Assembly: GCA_042408445.1 (NCBI GenBank)
Contig: JBHORC010000023.1
Location: 11,920 to 75,919, forward strand
Reading direction: 5' to 3'
Length of the DNA stretch: 64,000 nt
DNA from: Chloroflexota bacterium
Lineage (GTDB): Bacteria; Chloroflexota; Limnocylindria; Limnocylindrales; CSP1-4
Position numbers and translations under genes: made by a program. Under the pieces are notes generated by a model. The model was not told where the DNA came from, searched no databases, and saw nothing but the letters and a program-made list of their open reading frames with translations. Below, piece by piece: positions 45,633-54,015 of this stretch. Within the stretch, counting starts at the first letter, position 1. Each line of letters begins with the position of its first letter.

Positions 45633-45901
45633 GCACGGTCCGGATCCCGCCCACGCTCCGGACGGCGACCTCCGGGCTGAAGCTGATCGAGGTCGGCGGA
45701 GCAACGGTCCGTGACGTCGTCGACGGGCTCGTGGCGCAGTACCCCGGGCTGTCGGCCCAGGTCCTCGCCGCCGACGGCGGCCTCAACCGGTTCGTGAACG
45801 TGTTCCTGAACGACACGGACGTCCGCCATCTCGACGGTCTGGACACGCCCGTGCGCGACGAGGACTCGCTGCTCCTCCTGCCCGCGATGGCCGGCGGCTG
45901 A
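45629..45901 (+). CDS. ThiS/MoaD-family sulfur-carrier protein (MetO/CysO-like), C-terminal GG
   Basis: MSTVRIPPTLR...FVNVFLNDTDV...DSLLLLPAMAGG-stop. An ATGA overlap couples it to the upstream gene. Confidence 0.75.
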   Translation: MSTVRIPPTLRTATSGLKLIEVGGATVRDVVDGLVAQYPGLSAQVLAADGGLNRFVNVFLNDTDVRHLDGLDTPVRDEDSLLLLPAMAGG

Positions 45902-45902
45902 C

Positions 45903-46910
45903 CTACGCCGGGCGGTCGCCCTCGCGTCGGTGCGTCCCCGCCAGCGCGCCGAGCGCCTCGCGGTCGAGCTGATCGGCGGGCACCTCGGCGACCCGCGCTC
46001 GGGTGATGGCCCGTAGCGTCGCCGTTCGGACGCCGCCTTCGAGCGCCGCACGCTCGCCAACGACCGCCCCGGGCCCGATCTCGGCCACGGGCTCGGCATC
46101 GACCTCGACCGCAAACATCCCGTCGAGGATCAGGTAGACCTCGTCCGCCATGTCGCCCTGGCTCATCAGGATCCCGTCCTCGGCGATCGTGCGGATCCTG
46201 GGCTTCGTCGCGCTCCCCATGATCCCGGCGGACAGCTGCCGCTCGAGCGCCGACTCGACACTGGAGACGACGGCCGGCGAGTCCGTCGCGCCCCACGGCG
46301 TCTGGAGGCCGAACGACTCGTTGAACCACTTCTTGAAATCGACGACACCCGACTTGTGGACGAGCTGTCCGTCCGCGTCGTAGATCCAGTGCCGCGGGAA
46401 CGGACTCGCGCCGACGAGCTCGTGCTCGGCCGATCGGTCCGCGTGGATCGTCAGGGCAAGCGTCGTCCACGCGATGGACGGCCAGAACTGGACGAACGGT
46501 CGCCGGGCGACGGGCCGAGGCGTCGGGATCCCCATTCGGCCCCCGACCGTCTGGACGAACCGGACCGCGTCCGGCCGGACCTCCGGCTCGGGCTGGATGT
46601 CCGGCAGATGCACCGCCGGGAACCGGATCGCGGCCGGACCGACCCGGACCGTCGTCGCGCCGATGTGTCCCTGGCCCAGGTGGCCGTGGCCGACGATCCG
46701 ACCATCCTCGACCTCGACGAAGGCCCGCAGCTCATTCGCCTCGCGAAAGCGATCGCTCAGCCGCAGCGCTTCGATGTCGTCGATCCGGTCCGGTGGCGGC
46801 TCGTCGTAGTGGGTCACGCCCAGCTCGAAGGGAACCTTCGAGAGGCCTTCGATCGCCTCCGACGGGATCCACGAGATCGCCGTGACGCTGGACTCGTACC
46901 GCTCGGCCAT
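45903..46910 (-). CDS. protein with unassigned 230-aa N-terminal domain and C-terminal cyclic-nucleotide-binding domain
   Basis: GGAGGGG RBS before ATG 46910. C-terminus ILMSQGDMADEVYLILDGMFAVEV...GPGAVVGERAAL...RTATLRA. Confidence 0.65.
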   Translation of the reverse strand: MAERYESSVTAISWIPSEAIEGLSKVPFELGVTHYDEPPPDRIDDIEALRLSDRFREANELRAFVEVEDGRIVGHGHLGQGHIGATTVRVGPAAIRFPAVHLPDIQPEPEVRPDAVRFVQTVGGRMGIPTPRPVARRPFVQFWPSIAWTTLALTIHADRSAEHELVGASPFPRHWIYDADGQLVHKSGVVDFKKWFNESFGLQTPWGATDSPAVVSSVESALERQLSAGIMGSATKPRIRTIAEDGILMSQGDMADEVYLILDGMFAVEVDAEPVAEIGPGAVVGERAALEGGVRTATLRAITRARVAEVPADQLDREALGALAGTHRREGDRPA

Positions 46911-47004
46911 GCCGCCCCTCCAAAGACACGTGAACGTCGTGAGTGTGCGCGATTCCGCCGCCGCGAAACAGCGCGGTCCCACGACGCTGCCCGCCGGCTC
47001 CGCG

Positions 47005-48564
47005 CTAGCCCTCCATCCGGACTTCCTCGAGGTCCAGCTCGCGCTCGATCGCCCGCAACGTCTCGTCGTTGATCACCCGCCGGTTCCGCAGCTCGAGGAC
47101 CGCTTGCCGCTCCGCGGCGATCACGTCCCGCTGGATCGCTTCGTGCTCCACACGCTCCTGGCGACGCTCGGCCGACTCGTCCTCGTCGTCCGTCGCGAGG
47201 TGCCGCGTCCGGTCCCGGAGCCCGGACTCGAGGCGGTCGAGCAGCGGTCCGTGGGTCGGCCAGCGCGCGCGAGCAGCCGCGACCTCCGCGAGTCCTGCGT
47301 CGTAGGCGGCGGCACGAGCCAGCGAGTCCTCGTCGCCGTCCGCCTCGACGCCGTCCCAACCGGCCCGGGCGACGAGGAACGGCAGGGTCAGGCCCTGGCC
47401 GACGAGCGTGATCAGGATCACCGCGAACGTCACGAGCAGGACGAGGTTCCGTTCGGGGAACGCCGCGGGAAGGGCCAGCGCGGCGGCCAGCGACACCGCC
47501 CCGCGGAGTCCCGCCCAGGCGACGACGAGCGTCAGCCGCCGGGCGACGGCGGGATCGCGCCGGGCGAGCGCACGACGCGGCGAGTTTGGCAGGAGGCTCG
47601 CGGCGAACACCCAGACGATCCGGCTGACGACGACGACGGCGCCCACGACGAGGCAGATCGCGACGAGCTGGCCCACCGAGTAGGACCCGAGGCCCGAGAC
47701 GATGGTCGGGAGCTCCAGCCCGATCAGGACGAACAGGAAGCCGTTCAGGACGAACCCGATCATCTTCCAGGTGGTGAGCCAGAGGATCCGGCTGTTCGGC
47801 GTCAGGATCGTGCCGAGATTGCTGCCGATCACGAGACCGGCCGTCACGGCAGCCAGGACGCCGGACAGGCCGACCCGATCGGCCGGCAGATACGCGACGA
47901 ACGGGAGGACGAGCGAGATCGCGACCTCGACGGGTGGATCGTCGAGCCGCCTGAGGATCTCGCCGGCGAGCCGGCCGACGACGATCCCGAAGAGGATCCC
48001 GCCGACCGCCGCGACGACGAACTCCGCGATCGTGCTCGACAGGACGAACGCGCCGCCGACGGCGGTCGCGAGCGCGACGCGATAGGCAACGAGGGCGGTG
48101 GCGTCGTTGAACAGCGCCTCGTCCTCGACGAGCGCGACGATCACCCGGGGCGTCCCGAGCCGGCGGAATGTCGACGTGGCCGCTGGGGCGTCGGTCGGCG
48201 CGACAATCGCGCCGAGCGTGAAGGCGCCTGCCCAACCGAGCGCGGGAACGGCCGCATGGGCGACGACCGCGACGATCGTCATGGTGAACAGGACCAGGCC
48301 GAGGGACAGCCGCAGGATCGGCGCGAGGTTCGTCCGGATCTCGCGCACCGGCGTCCCGACCGCAGCCGTGAAGAGGAGCGGCGGCAGGAACACCGACAGG
48401 ACGAGATCCGGGCTCATCTCGATCCGCGGGAGATCCGGGACGACCGCGAGGGCCAGCCCACCGAGCACGAGCAGGGTCGGATACGGAACGCCGAGCCGGC
48501 GCGAGACCTCGTAGAGGATCGCGATCGCGACGAGCAGCGCGAGGACGGCGGTCAGGACCTGCAA
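47005..48564 (-). CDS. Na+/H+ antiporter, CPA1 (NhaP-type) with cytoplasmic C-terminal domain
   Basis: GAIVAPTDAPAA and EDEALFNDATALV; about 11 TM segments; 519 aa. Confidence 0.85.
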   Translation of the reverse strand: MQVLTAVLALLVAIAILYEVSRRLGVPYPTLLVLGGLALAVVPDLPRIEMSPDLVLSVFLPPLLFTAAVGTPVREIRTNLAPILRLSLGLVLFTMTIVAVVAHAAVPALGWAGAFTLGAIVAPTDAPAATSTFRRLGTPRVIVALVEDEALFNDATALVAYRVALATAVGGAFVLSSTIAEFVVAAVGGILFGIVVGRLAGEILRRLDDPPVEVAISLVLPFVAYLPADRVGLSGVLAAVTAGLVIGSNLGTILTPNSRILWLTTWKMIGFVLNGFLFVLIGLELPTIVSGLGSYSVGQLVAICLVVGAVVVVSRIVWVFAASLLPNSPRRALARRDPAVARRLTLVVAWAGLRGAVSLAAALALPAAFPERNLVLLVTFAVILITLVGQGLTLPFLVARAGWDGVEADGDEDSLARAAAYDAGLAEVAAARARWPTHGPLLDRLESGLRDRTRHLATDDEDESAERRQERVEHEAIQRDVIAAERQAVLELRNRRVINDETLRAIERELDLEEVRMEG

Positions 48565-48727
48565 CGGGCCGCGTCCAAAGACTGAGCGCCGAGGGGCAGG
48601 GGAGACGGGGGCGGGCTCATCGGGGCGATTGTCGCGCGTCCGACCCCGAATCGATGACGTCGCCAGCGCGTCGCGCCGGCACTCGTGAGCGGGCCGCGGC
48701 GAGGCGGCTGAGCCCTATGCTCCGCGC

Positions 48728-49633
48728 ATGGCGATGCCGCAGACCGGGATCTTTGCCCTCGGGACGATGTCCCATGCCTACCTCGAGTTCGATGCCCGTC
48801 CCGACGCCGACCCGGTCTCGCTCGTCCGCGACGTGGCCGGTCTTCGGGAGCCGCGGACGACGATCGGCGGTGTCAACGTGGTCGCCGGGTTCCGGCCGGA
48901 GCTCTGGGCGGCGGTCGCCCCGGACGACGCGCCGCCACGCCTCCGCGGGTTCAACGAGCCGGTCGTGGGGCGGGACGGCTACACGATGCCCGCCACCCAG
49001 CACGACGTCGTTGTATGGATCACCGGCGCGTCGTACGACGCCGTGTTCGACGTCGAGCGGCTCGTCACCGAGGCGCTCCGGCCGCACGCCGACGTCGCCC
49101 GGGAGATGGTCGGCTGGCCGTACCACCACGATCACGACCTGACGGGCTTCGTCGACGGAACCGAGAACCCGACCCTGGTCGAGGCGCCGTCCGAGATCGC
49201 GATCGAGCCGGGGCAGCCGGGCGAAGGCGGCACCGTGCTCCTGCTCCAGCAGTGGCAGCACGATGCGCGGGCGTGGGAGACGCTGCCGGTCGCCGATCAG
49301 GAGCGGGCGATGGGCCGCGAGAAGGCGGAGGGCGACGAGCTGGACCCGCTGCCCCCGACGTCGCACGTGGCGCGGACGGACCAGGACACGTTCGGGAAGA
49401 TCTTCCGGCGGAACATCGGCTACGGGACGCTGCTCGACCACGGGACGATCTTCGTCGGCTTCGCCCGGGATCGGGAGCGCCTCGAGGCGATGCTCGAATC
49501 CATGGTCGCGCGGGCCGGGGTCGGTCGGGACGAGCTGACGCGGTTCACCCATCCGCTCACCGGTGCCTACTACTTCGTCCCGGCCGCGGAGGCGCTCTCG
49601 AGGAGCTGGCCGACGACGCCACGGCCGGGCTGA
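48728..49633 (+). CDS. Dyp-type peroxidase
   Basis: QTGIF, HDLTGFVDGTENP (GxxDG) and IFRRNIGYG. Confidence 0.85.
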   Translation: MAMPQTGIFALGTMSHAYLEFDARPDADPVSLVRDVAGLREPRTTIGGVNVVAGFRPELWAAVAPDDAPPRLRGFNEPVVGRDGYTMPATQHDVVVWITGASYDAVFDVERLVTEALRPHADVAREMVGWPYHHDHDLTGFVDGTENPTLVEAPSEIAIEPGQPGEGGTVLLLQQWQHDARAWETLPVADQERAMGREKAEGDELDPLPPTSHVARTDQDTFGKIFRRNIGYGTLLDHGTIFVGFARDRERLEAMLESMVARAGVGRDELTRFTHPLTGAYYFVPAAEALSRSWPTTPRPG

Positions 49634-49736
49634 ACCGGCGGCCGCGCTCCCCCGGCTCGTTCTTCCACATTGAATATTTCCACTGACGACCGGATATCCC
49701 TTGCATTGTTGCTGGCCGTGCGGCACGATCCCCGTG

Positions 49737-49808
49737 ATGCGCTGGCTTCCTTCGGTCGACTCGAAGAAGAAGCTCCGGCGGCCCGACGTCCGGGCCCTGG
49801 GGCGGTAG
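49737..49808 (+). CDS. candidate regulatory leader peptide, 23 aa with KKK (MRWLPSVDSKKKLRRPDVRALGR)
   Basis: ATG 49737 and TAG 49806. AAG AAG AAG at 49764-72. A possible TTGCAT(49701)-17nt-CACGAT(49724) promoter would put the transcription start at or next to the ATG, making the mRNA leaderless. Confidence 0.4.
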   Translation: MRWLPSVDSKKKLRRPDVRALGR

Positions 49809-49858
49809 CCGGCGCGCACAACGCACGACGGGAGCCTCCAGGGATCGGAGGCTCAGGG

Positions 49859-49892
49859 GCCGCGGCACCACGAAGGTGACCGCGGCTTTTTT
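49859..49892 (+). terminator. intrinsic terminator upstream of dapB
   Basis: GCCGCGGCACC-ACGAA-GGTGACCGCGGC (11 bp, one bulged A) followed by TTTTTT. I noticed no other run of this length while reading; not systematically searched. Confidence 0.7.
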
Positions 49893-49929
49893 GTTGCCTC
49901 CGGACCGGCTCAACCAACCGGAGGACGAC

Positions 49930-50679
49930 ATGACGACGATCGTGATGGGCGACGGCGCGCTGGGACAGGCTGTCGCGGGAGCGTTGCGGCGACGAGGCGA
50001 CGACGTCCAACTCGTCGGCCGGCCGCGTGGCGGGCGGCACGAAGCGGCGACCTTCGCGGCGGCCGATCTCGTCGTCGAGGCCTCGCGCGGGTCCTCCGTC
50101 CTGCCCAACGTGCGAGCGGCGGTTGCCGGCGGAGCCCGCCGGTTCGTCATCGCGACGACGGCCTGGGACGGCGATCGCGACGAGGTCCAGGCGACCCTCC
50201 GACGGTCGGGCGCGGCTGCCGTCGCCGCTCCCAACTTCAGCATCGGCGTCTCACTGTTCGCGCGTCTCGTCGACCAGGCCGCGGTGCTCTTCGGCGCCGT
50301 TGAAGGCTTCGAGCCGTACCTCGTCGAGTGGCACCGGCGGACGAAGACGGATCGGCCGTCCGGCACGGCGCGCATGCTCGCGAGCCGGATCGCAGCCGCC
50401 ACTGACGCCTCCTCGCACAGCCCGGAGCTCGAAGTCGTGTCGGTTCGTGCCGGCTCGTCGCCCGGCATGCATCTCGTCGGGTTCGATGCGGCCGGCGAGA
50501 CCGTCGAGCTGCGTCTGACCGCCCGTGATCGGTCGGCATACGTCGCCGGGATGCTCGCCGCGGCCGATTGGCTCGCCCGTTCATCGCGGACGCCCGGACT
50601 CCATCCGTTCGATCCGGTGGTCGACGAGCTGCTCGCCCGTGGCTCCAGCCCTCGCGAGACGCGCCTAGCCGCGTCGTGA
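49930..50679 (+). CDS. dapB: 4-hydroxy-tetrahydrodipicolinate reductase
   Basis: GGAGGA RBS. APNFSIGV and EWHRRTKTDRPSGTA. Confidence 0.85.
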   Translation: MTTIVMGDGALGQAVAGALRRRGDDVQLVGRPRGGRHEAATFAAADLVVEASRGSSVLPNVRAAVAGGARRFVIATTAWDGDRDEVQATLRRSGAAAVAAPNFSIGVSLFARLVDQAAVLFGAVEGFEPYLVEWHRRTKTDRPSGTARMLASRIAAATDASSHSPELEVVSVRAGSSPGMHLVGFDAAGETVELRLTARDRSAYVAGMLAAADWLARSSRTPGLHPFDPVVDELLARGSSPRETRLAAS

Positions 50680-50714
50680 CCCGTCCAACCCAGCCCCACT
50701 TCGAAGGAGAACCG

Positions 50715-51722
50715 ATGACTCCCCGACCTGTTCCCGCCGATCGCCCCTGGCTTCGTGGAGCGTTCACCGCGCTCGTCACCCCCTTTGCCGAGGACGGCGC
50801 GATCGACGAGGCCGAATTCCGCCGTCTCGTCGCGTGGCAGCTCCTCGCCGGCATCGACGGCCTCGTTCCCGTCGGCACGACCGGCGAGGCGCCGACGTTG
50901 TCCGCGGGCGAGCGGGAGCGACTGATCGCCCTGACGGTCGAGGCAGCCTCCGCGGCGGGTCCGGACCGTCGCGTCCCGGTCATCGCCGGGACCGGGACGA
51001 ACGACACGCGGGCGACGATCACGGCGACCCGCCGGGCGGCAGAGCTCGGCGCGGACGCCGCGCTCGTCGTCGTGCCCTACTACAACCGGCCGGACGCGCG
51101 GATGCTCCGGGCCCACTTCGAGGCCGTTGCCGAGGACGGCGACCTCCCGATCGTCGTCTACAACGTCCCGGGACGAACCGGCACGAACGTGGACGCGGAC
51201 ACGTTCCTGCGACTCGCCGAGCACCCACGCGTCGTGGCGGTGAAGGAGGCGAGCGGCAACCTCGAGCAGCTCGCCGTGATCTGCCGGGATCGGCCGCGGG
51301 ACGTCGCGGTCCTGTCGGGCGACGACGCCGCAACCCTCGCGATCCTCGCGATGGGCGGCGACGGCGTCGTCTCCGTCGCGTCGAACGAGATCCCGGGCGA
51401 GATGGCGTCCCTGTGCGCTGCGGCGATCGACGGGCGATGGGACGACGCGCGGCGGATCCACGAGCGCTGGCTGCCGTTGATGCGGGCCAACTTCCAGGGC
51501 GCACCGTCGCCCGTGCCCGTGAAGGCGGCGCTCGCCGCGATGGGCCTCGTCGCCTCGGACACGCTCCGGGCGCCGATGCTCCCGCTGGAGGAGGGGCCGC
51601 GGACGCGCCTCCTCGCACTGCTCCGCGATCTGGCGCTCATCGACGGCGGTGGCCGGTTCGCGGTCCGTCCGTCCGCGGCCAACGCGGCGGTCCGCCGGGA
51701 CAGTGCGGAGGCGGTGGCATGA
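50715..51722 (+). CDS. dapA: 4-hydroxy-tetrahydrodipicolinate synthase
   Basis: ALVTPF, GTTGEAPTL, VVYNVPGRTG and AVKEASG. Confidence 0.9.
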   Translation: MTPRPVPADRPWLRGAFTALVTPFAEDGAIDEAEFRRLVAWQLLAGIDGLVPVGTTGEAPTLSAGERERLIALTVEAASAAGPDRRVPVIAGTGTNDTRATITATRRAAELGADAALVVVPYYNRPDARMLRAHFEAVAEDGDLPIVVYNVPGRTGTNVDADTFLRLAEHPRVVAVKEASGNLEQLAVICRDRPRDVAVLSGDDAATLAILAMGGDGVVSVASNEIPGEMASLCAAAIDGRWDDARRIHERWLPLMRANFQGAPSPVPVKAALAAMGLVASDTLRAPMLPLEEGPRTRLLALLRDLALIDGGGRFAVRPSAANAAVRRDSAEAVA

Positions 51723-52564
51723 CGGCGCTCCAGCACCCCACGCTCGAGCTCGACGTCGCCGCGTCGGGCCGGCGTCGGCCCGGCCCCAACACCGCCGTGA
51801 ATGCCTCCGCGATCCTCGACGACCTCGAGACGGGCCGGCTGCGCGCGGCCGAGCCGGACGGCAACGCCCCGGACGGCTGGCGCGTGCGCCCCGACGTCAA
51901 GTCGGCGATCCTCGCGTCCTTCGCCGACCGGACCACGGTCGACTGGACGGCGGGGCCGCTCACCTTCCGGGACCGCGTGGCGCTCGGGCCACGGGCAGAC
52001 CTCGCGGGTGGTCCGTGGCGGATTGTCCCCGGCGGGACCGCCGTGCGGCGCGGCGCGCATCTCGCTGACGGCGTCGTGGTGATGCCACCCTCGTACATCA
52101 ACGTCGGGGCGTGGGTGGGCGAGGCGACGATGGTCGACTCGCACGTGCTGGTGGGGTCGTGCGCCCAGATCGGCGCCAGCGTGCATCTCGCCGCGGGCGT
52201 CCTCATCGGCGGCGTGCTCGAACCGCCGGGAGCACGGCCCGTCATCGTCGAGGACGAGGCCTTCGTCGGCGCGGGTGCATGCCTGCTCGAGGGCGTGCTC
52301 GTCGCCCGCCGTGCCGTCATCGCGGCGGGGGTCATCCTCACCGGAACGTCTCGGCTGTACGACGTCGTCGCGGGCCGGGTCCTGGAGGGTTCGCCGGCGC
52401 GGCCGCTCGTCGTTCCGCCCGGGGCCGTCGTCGTCCCCGGCACGCGGGCCATCGAGGGCGCCTTTGCCGCGTCGCACGGACTCGCCGCCTCGACGGCCCT
52501 GATCGTCAAGCACCGTGACGAGCGGACCGACGCCCGGGTCGCGCTCGAGGAGGCGCTCCGGTGA
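51719..52564 (+). CDS. dapD: 2,3,4,5-tetrahydropyridine-2,6-dicarboxylate N-acyl(succinyl)transferase
   Basis: Left-handed hexapeptide repeats (VGAWVGEATMVDSHVLVGSCAQIGASVHLAAGVLIGG) and a DapD-like N-terminus. ATGA overlap with dapA. Confidence 0.75.
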   Translation: MTALQHPTLELDVAASGRRRPGPNTAVNASAILDDLETGRLRAAEPDGNAPDGWRVRPDVKSAILASFADRTTVDWTAGPLTFRDRVALGPRADLAGGPWRIVPGGTAVRRGAHLADGVVVMPPSYINVGAWVGEATMVDSHVLVGSCAQIGASVHLAAGVLIGGVLEPPGARPVIVEDEAFVGAGACLLEGVLVARRAVIAAGVILTGTSRLYDVVAGRVLEGSPARPLVVPPGAVVVPGTRAIEGAFAASHGLAASTALIVKHRDERTDARVALEEALR

Positions 52565-53928
52565 CGCCGGTCGCGACGGGTGAGGCGCCCGCCGTCGCCT
52601 CGATTGGTGGGCCGCAACCCAACCACGAGATCCGCTCGGCGGACGGGCTCGCCGGCCTCGACCCGGCGGAGCTCGCGGCGCGGTTCGGGACCCCGGCGTA
52701 CCTGTACGACTTCGACTGCATCGCGCGACGCCAGTCGGCGCTCCGCGCGGCCCTGCCGAAGCGCGTGGACATCGCGTACGCGGTGAAGGCCAACCCGGCG
52801 CTCGCCGTCGTCGACCTGCTCGGGCGGCTCGGCGCAGGTGCCGATGTGGCATCCGCCGGAGAGCTGGCGACGGCCCTCGCGGCCGGCGTCGATCCCCGCC
52901 GGATCGTCATGACCGGCCCCGGCAAGCGGGACGATGAGCTGGCGGCTGCTGTCCGGGCCGGGATCCGCGCCGTCACGGTCGAGTCGCTGGGAGAGCTGGG
53001 CCGCCTCGAGGCGCTCGCCGCTGCCCGGCCGCGGGACGTGGCGCCCGTTCCGGTCATGCTCCGGCTCGCCGTTCGCGCCGACGCGGGCTTCGAGCGGACC
53101 CGCCTCGTCGGCGATGACGGCGCCGGCAAGTTCGGAATGGACCGCTCCGACGTCCGGGAGGGAGCCGCCCGAATCGCCCGCTCTCCGCACCTTCGCCTGG
53201 TGGGACTGCACGCGTTCGGGGCATCGAACGTCCTCGATGCGGACACGCTGCTCACCCACGCTCGCGCCACCGTTCGGGCGGCCCGCGAGCTGGCCGCCGA
53301 AACGCGCCTCCCGCTCGAGGTCATCGACGTCGGCGGCGGTCTCGGGATCGCCTACGCCGACGGCGAGGAGCCGCTCGACATCGATGCGCTCGGCGTCGGA
53401 TACGCGCGGCTGATCGACGAGCTGGCCGCGGATCCTCTCCTCGCGCGCGCACGCCTGCTCGTCGAGCCGGGCCGCTGGCTGGTCGGGCCGGCTGGCGCGT
53501 ACCTGTCGCGGGTCGTCGACCGGAAGGTCGTCAACGGCCGGGAGGTCGCGATCCTGGACGGCGGGATCCATCACGTGCTCCGGCCCGCGCTGGTTCGCCA
53601 GGAGCATCGGCTCGCGGCCTTCCCGGGAGCGTCGACCGCGAACACCGCCGGCCCGGAGGGGCGTTCTCCACGACCCGTCACGATCGCCGGACCCCTCTGT
53701 TCCGGTCTCGACGTCCTCGCCCGGAACGTCGAGTGCGGCGACCTCGGCGTCGGCGCGCTCGTCGCCATCCTCGATGTTGGCGCCTATGGCTTCACGGAAT
53801 CGATAGCGCTCTTCCTGTCGCACCCGATCCCGCCGGAGATCGCGATCCGCGGCGGGCGTGCCGAGGTCATCCGCCCGCGCCAGGAGCCCGAGGAGTGGCT
53901 GCGCCGCCAGGTCGTTCCGCGCTGGTGA
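52561..53928 (+). CDS. lysA: diaminopimelate decarboxylase (fold-III PLP decarboxylase)
   Basis: FGTPAYLYD, AYAVKANP and VIDVGGGLGI. GTGA overlap with dapD. Confidence 0.8.
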   Translation: MTPVATGEAPAVASIGGPQPNHEIRSADGLAGLDPAELAARFGTPAYLYDFDCIARRQSALRAALPKRVDIAYAVKANPALAVVDLLGRLGAGADVASAGELATALAAGVDPRRIVMTGPGKRDDELAAAVRAGIRAVTVESLGELGRLEALAAARPRDVAPVPVMLRLAVRADAGFERTRLVGDDGAGKFGMDRSDVREGAARIARSPHLRLVGLHAFGASNVLDADTLLTHARATVRAARELAAETRLPLEVIDVGGGLGIAYADGEEPLDIDALGVGYARLIDELAADPLLARARLLVEPGRWLVGPAGAYLSRVVDRKVVNGREVAILDGGIHHVLRPALVRQEHRLAAFPGASTANTAGPEGRSPRPVTIAGPLCSGLDVLARNVECGDLGVGALVAILDVGAYGFTESIALFLSHPIPPEIAIRGGRAEVIRPRQEPEEWLRRQVVPRW

Positions 53929-54015
53929 CCTCGCCCGCCGCGGACGCCGGCCACGCCGCCGACGCCGCGGGCCCCGCCACCCTCCTCGCGGGGCGACATC
54001 GGGCACGATCCGGAG

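Noticed and set aside
49670-49879. 69-aa ORF (MNISTDDRISLALLL...) spanning the dapB leader
   Set aside because: It has a TTG start with no RBS and reads through several stable hairpins into the terminator 5' arm, with low-complexity Ala/Pro/Arg/Gly composition. The same GAAGAAGAAG tract is better explained by the short Lys-codon ORF in the adjacent frame, though neither reading is proven.
49640-49930. Lysine (L-box) riboswitch upstream of dapB
   Set aside because: I looked for the conserved cores GAGGCGC, GAGUA, CUGAAAGG, GCCGAAG and ACUGUCA on the plus strand and found none. The TTGCTGGCCGTGC string resembles part of the B. subtilis lysC leader as I recall it, but it sits in the wrong order and context. 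A covariance-model scan (Rfam RF00168) would settle this.
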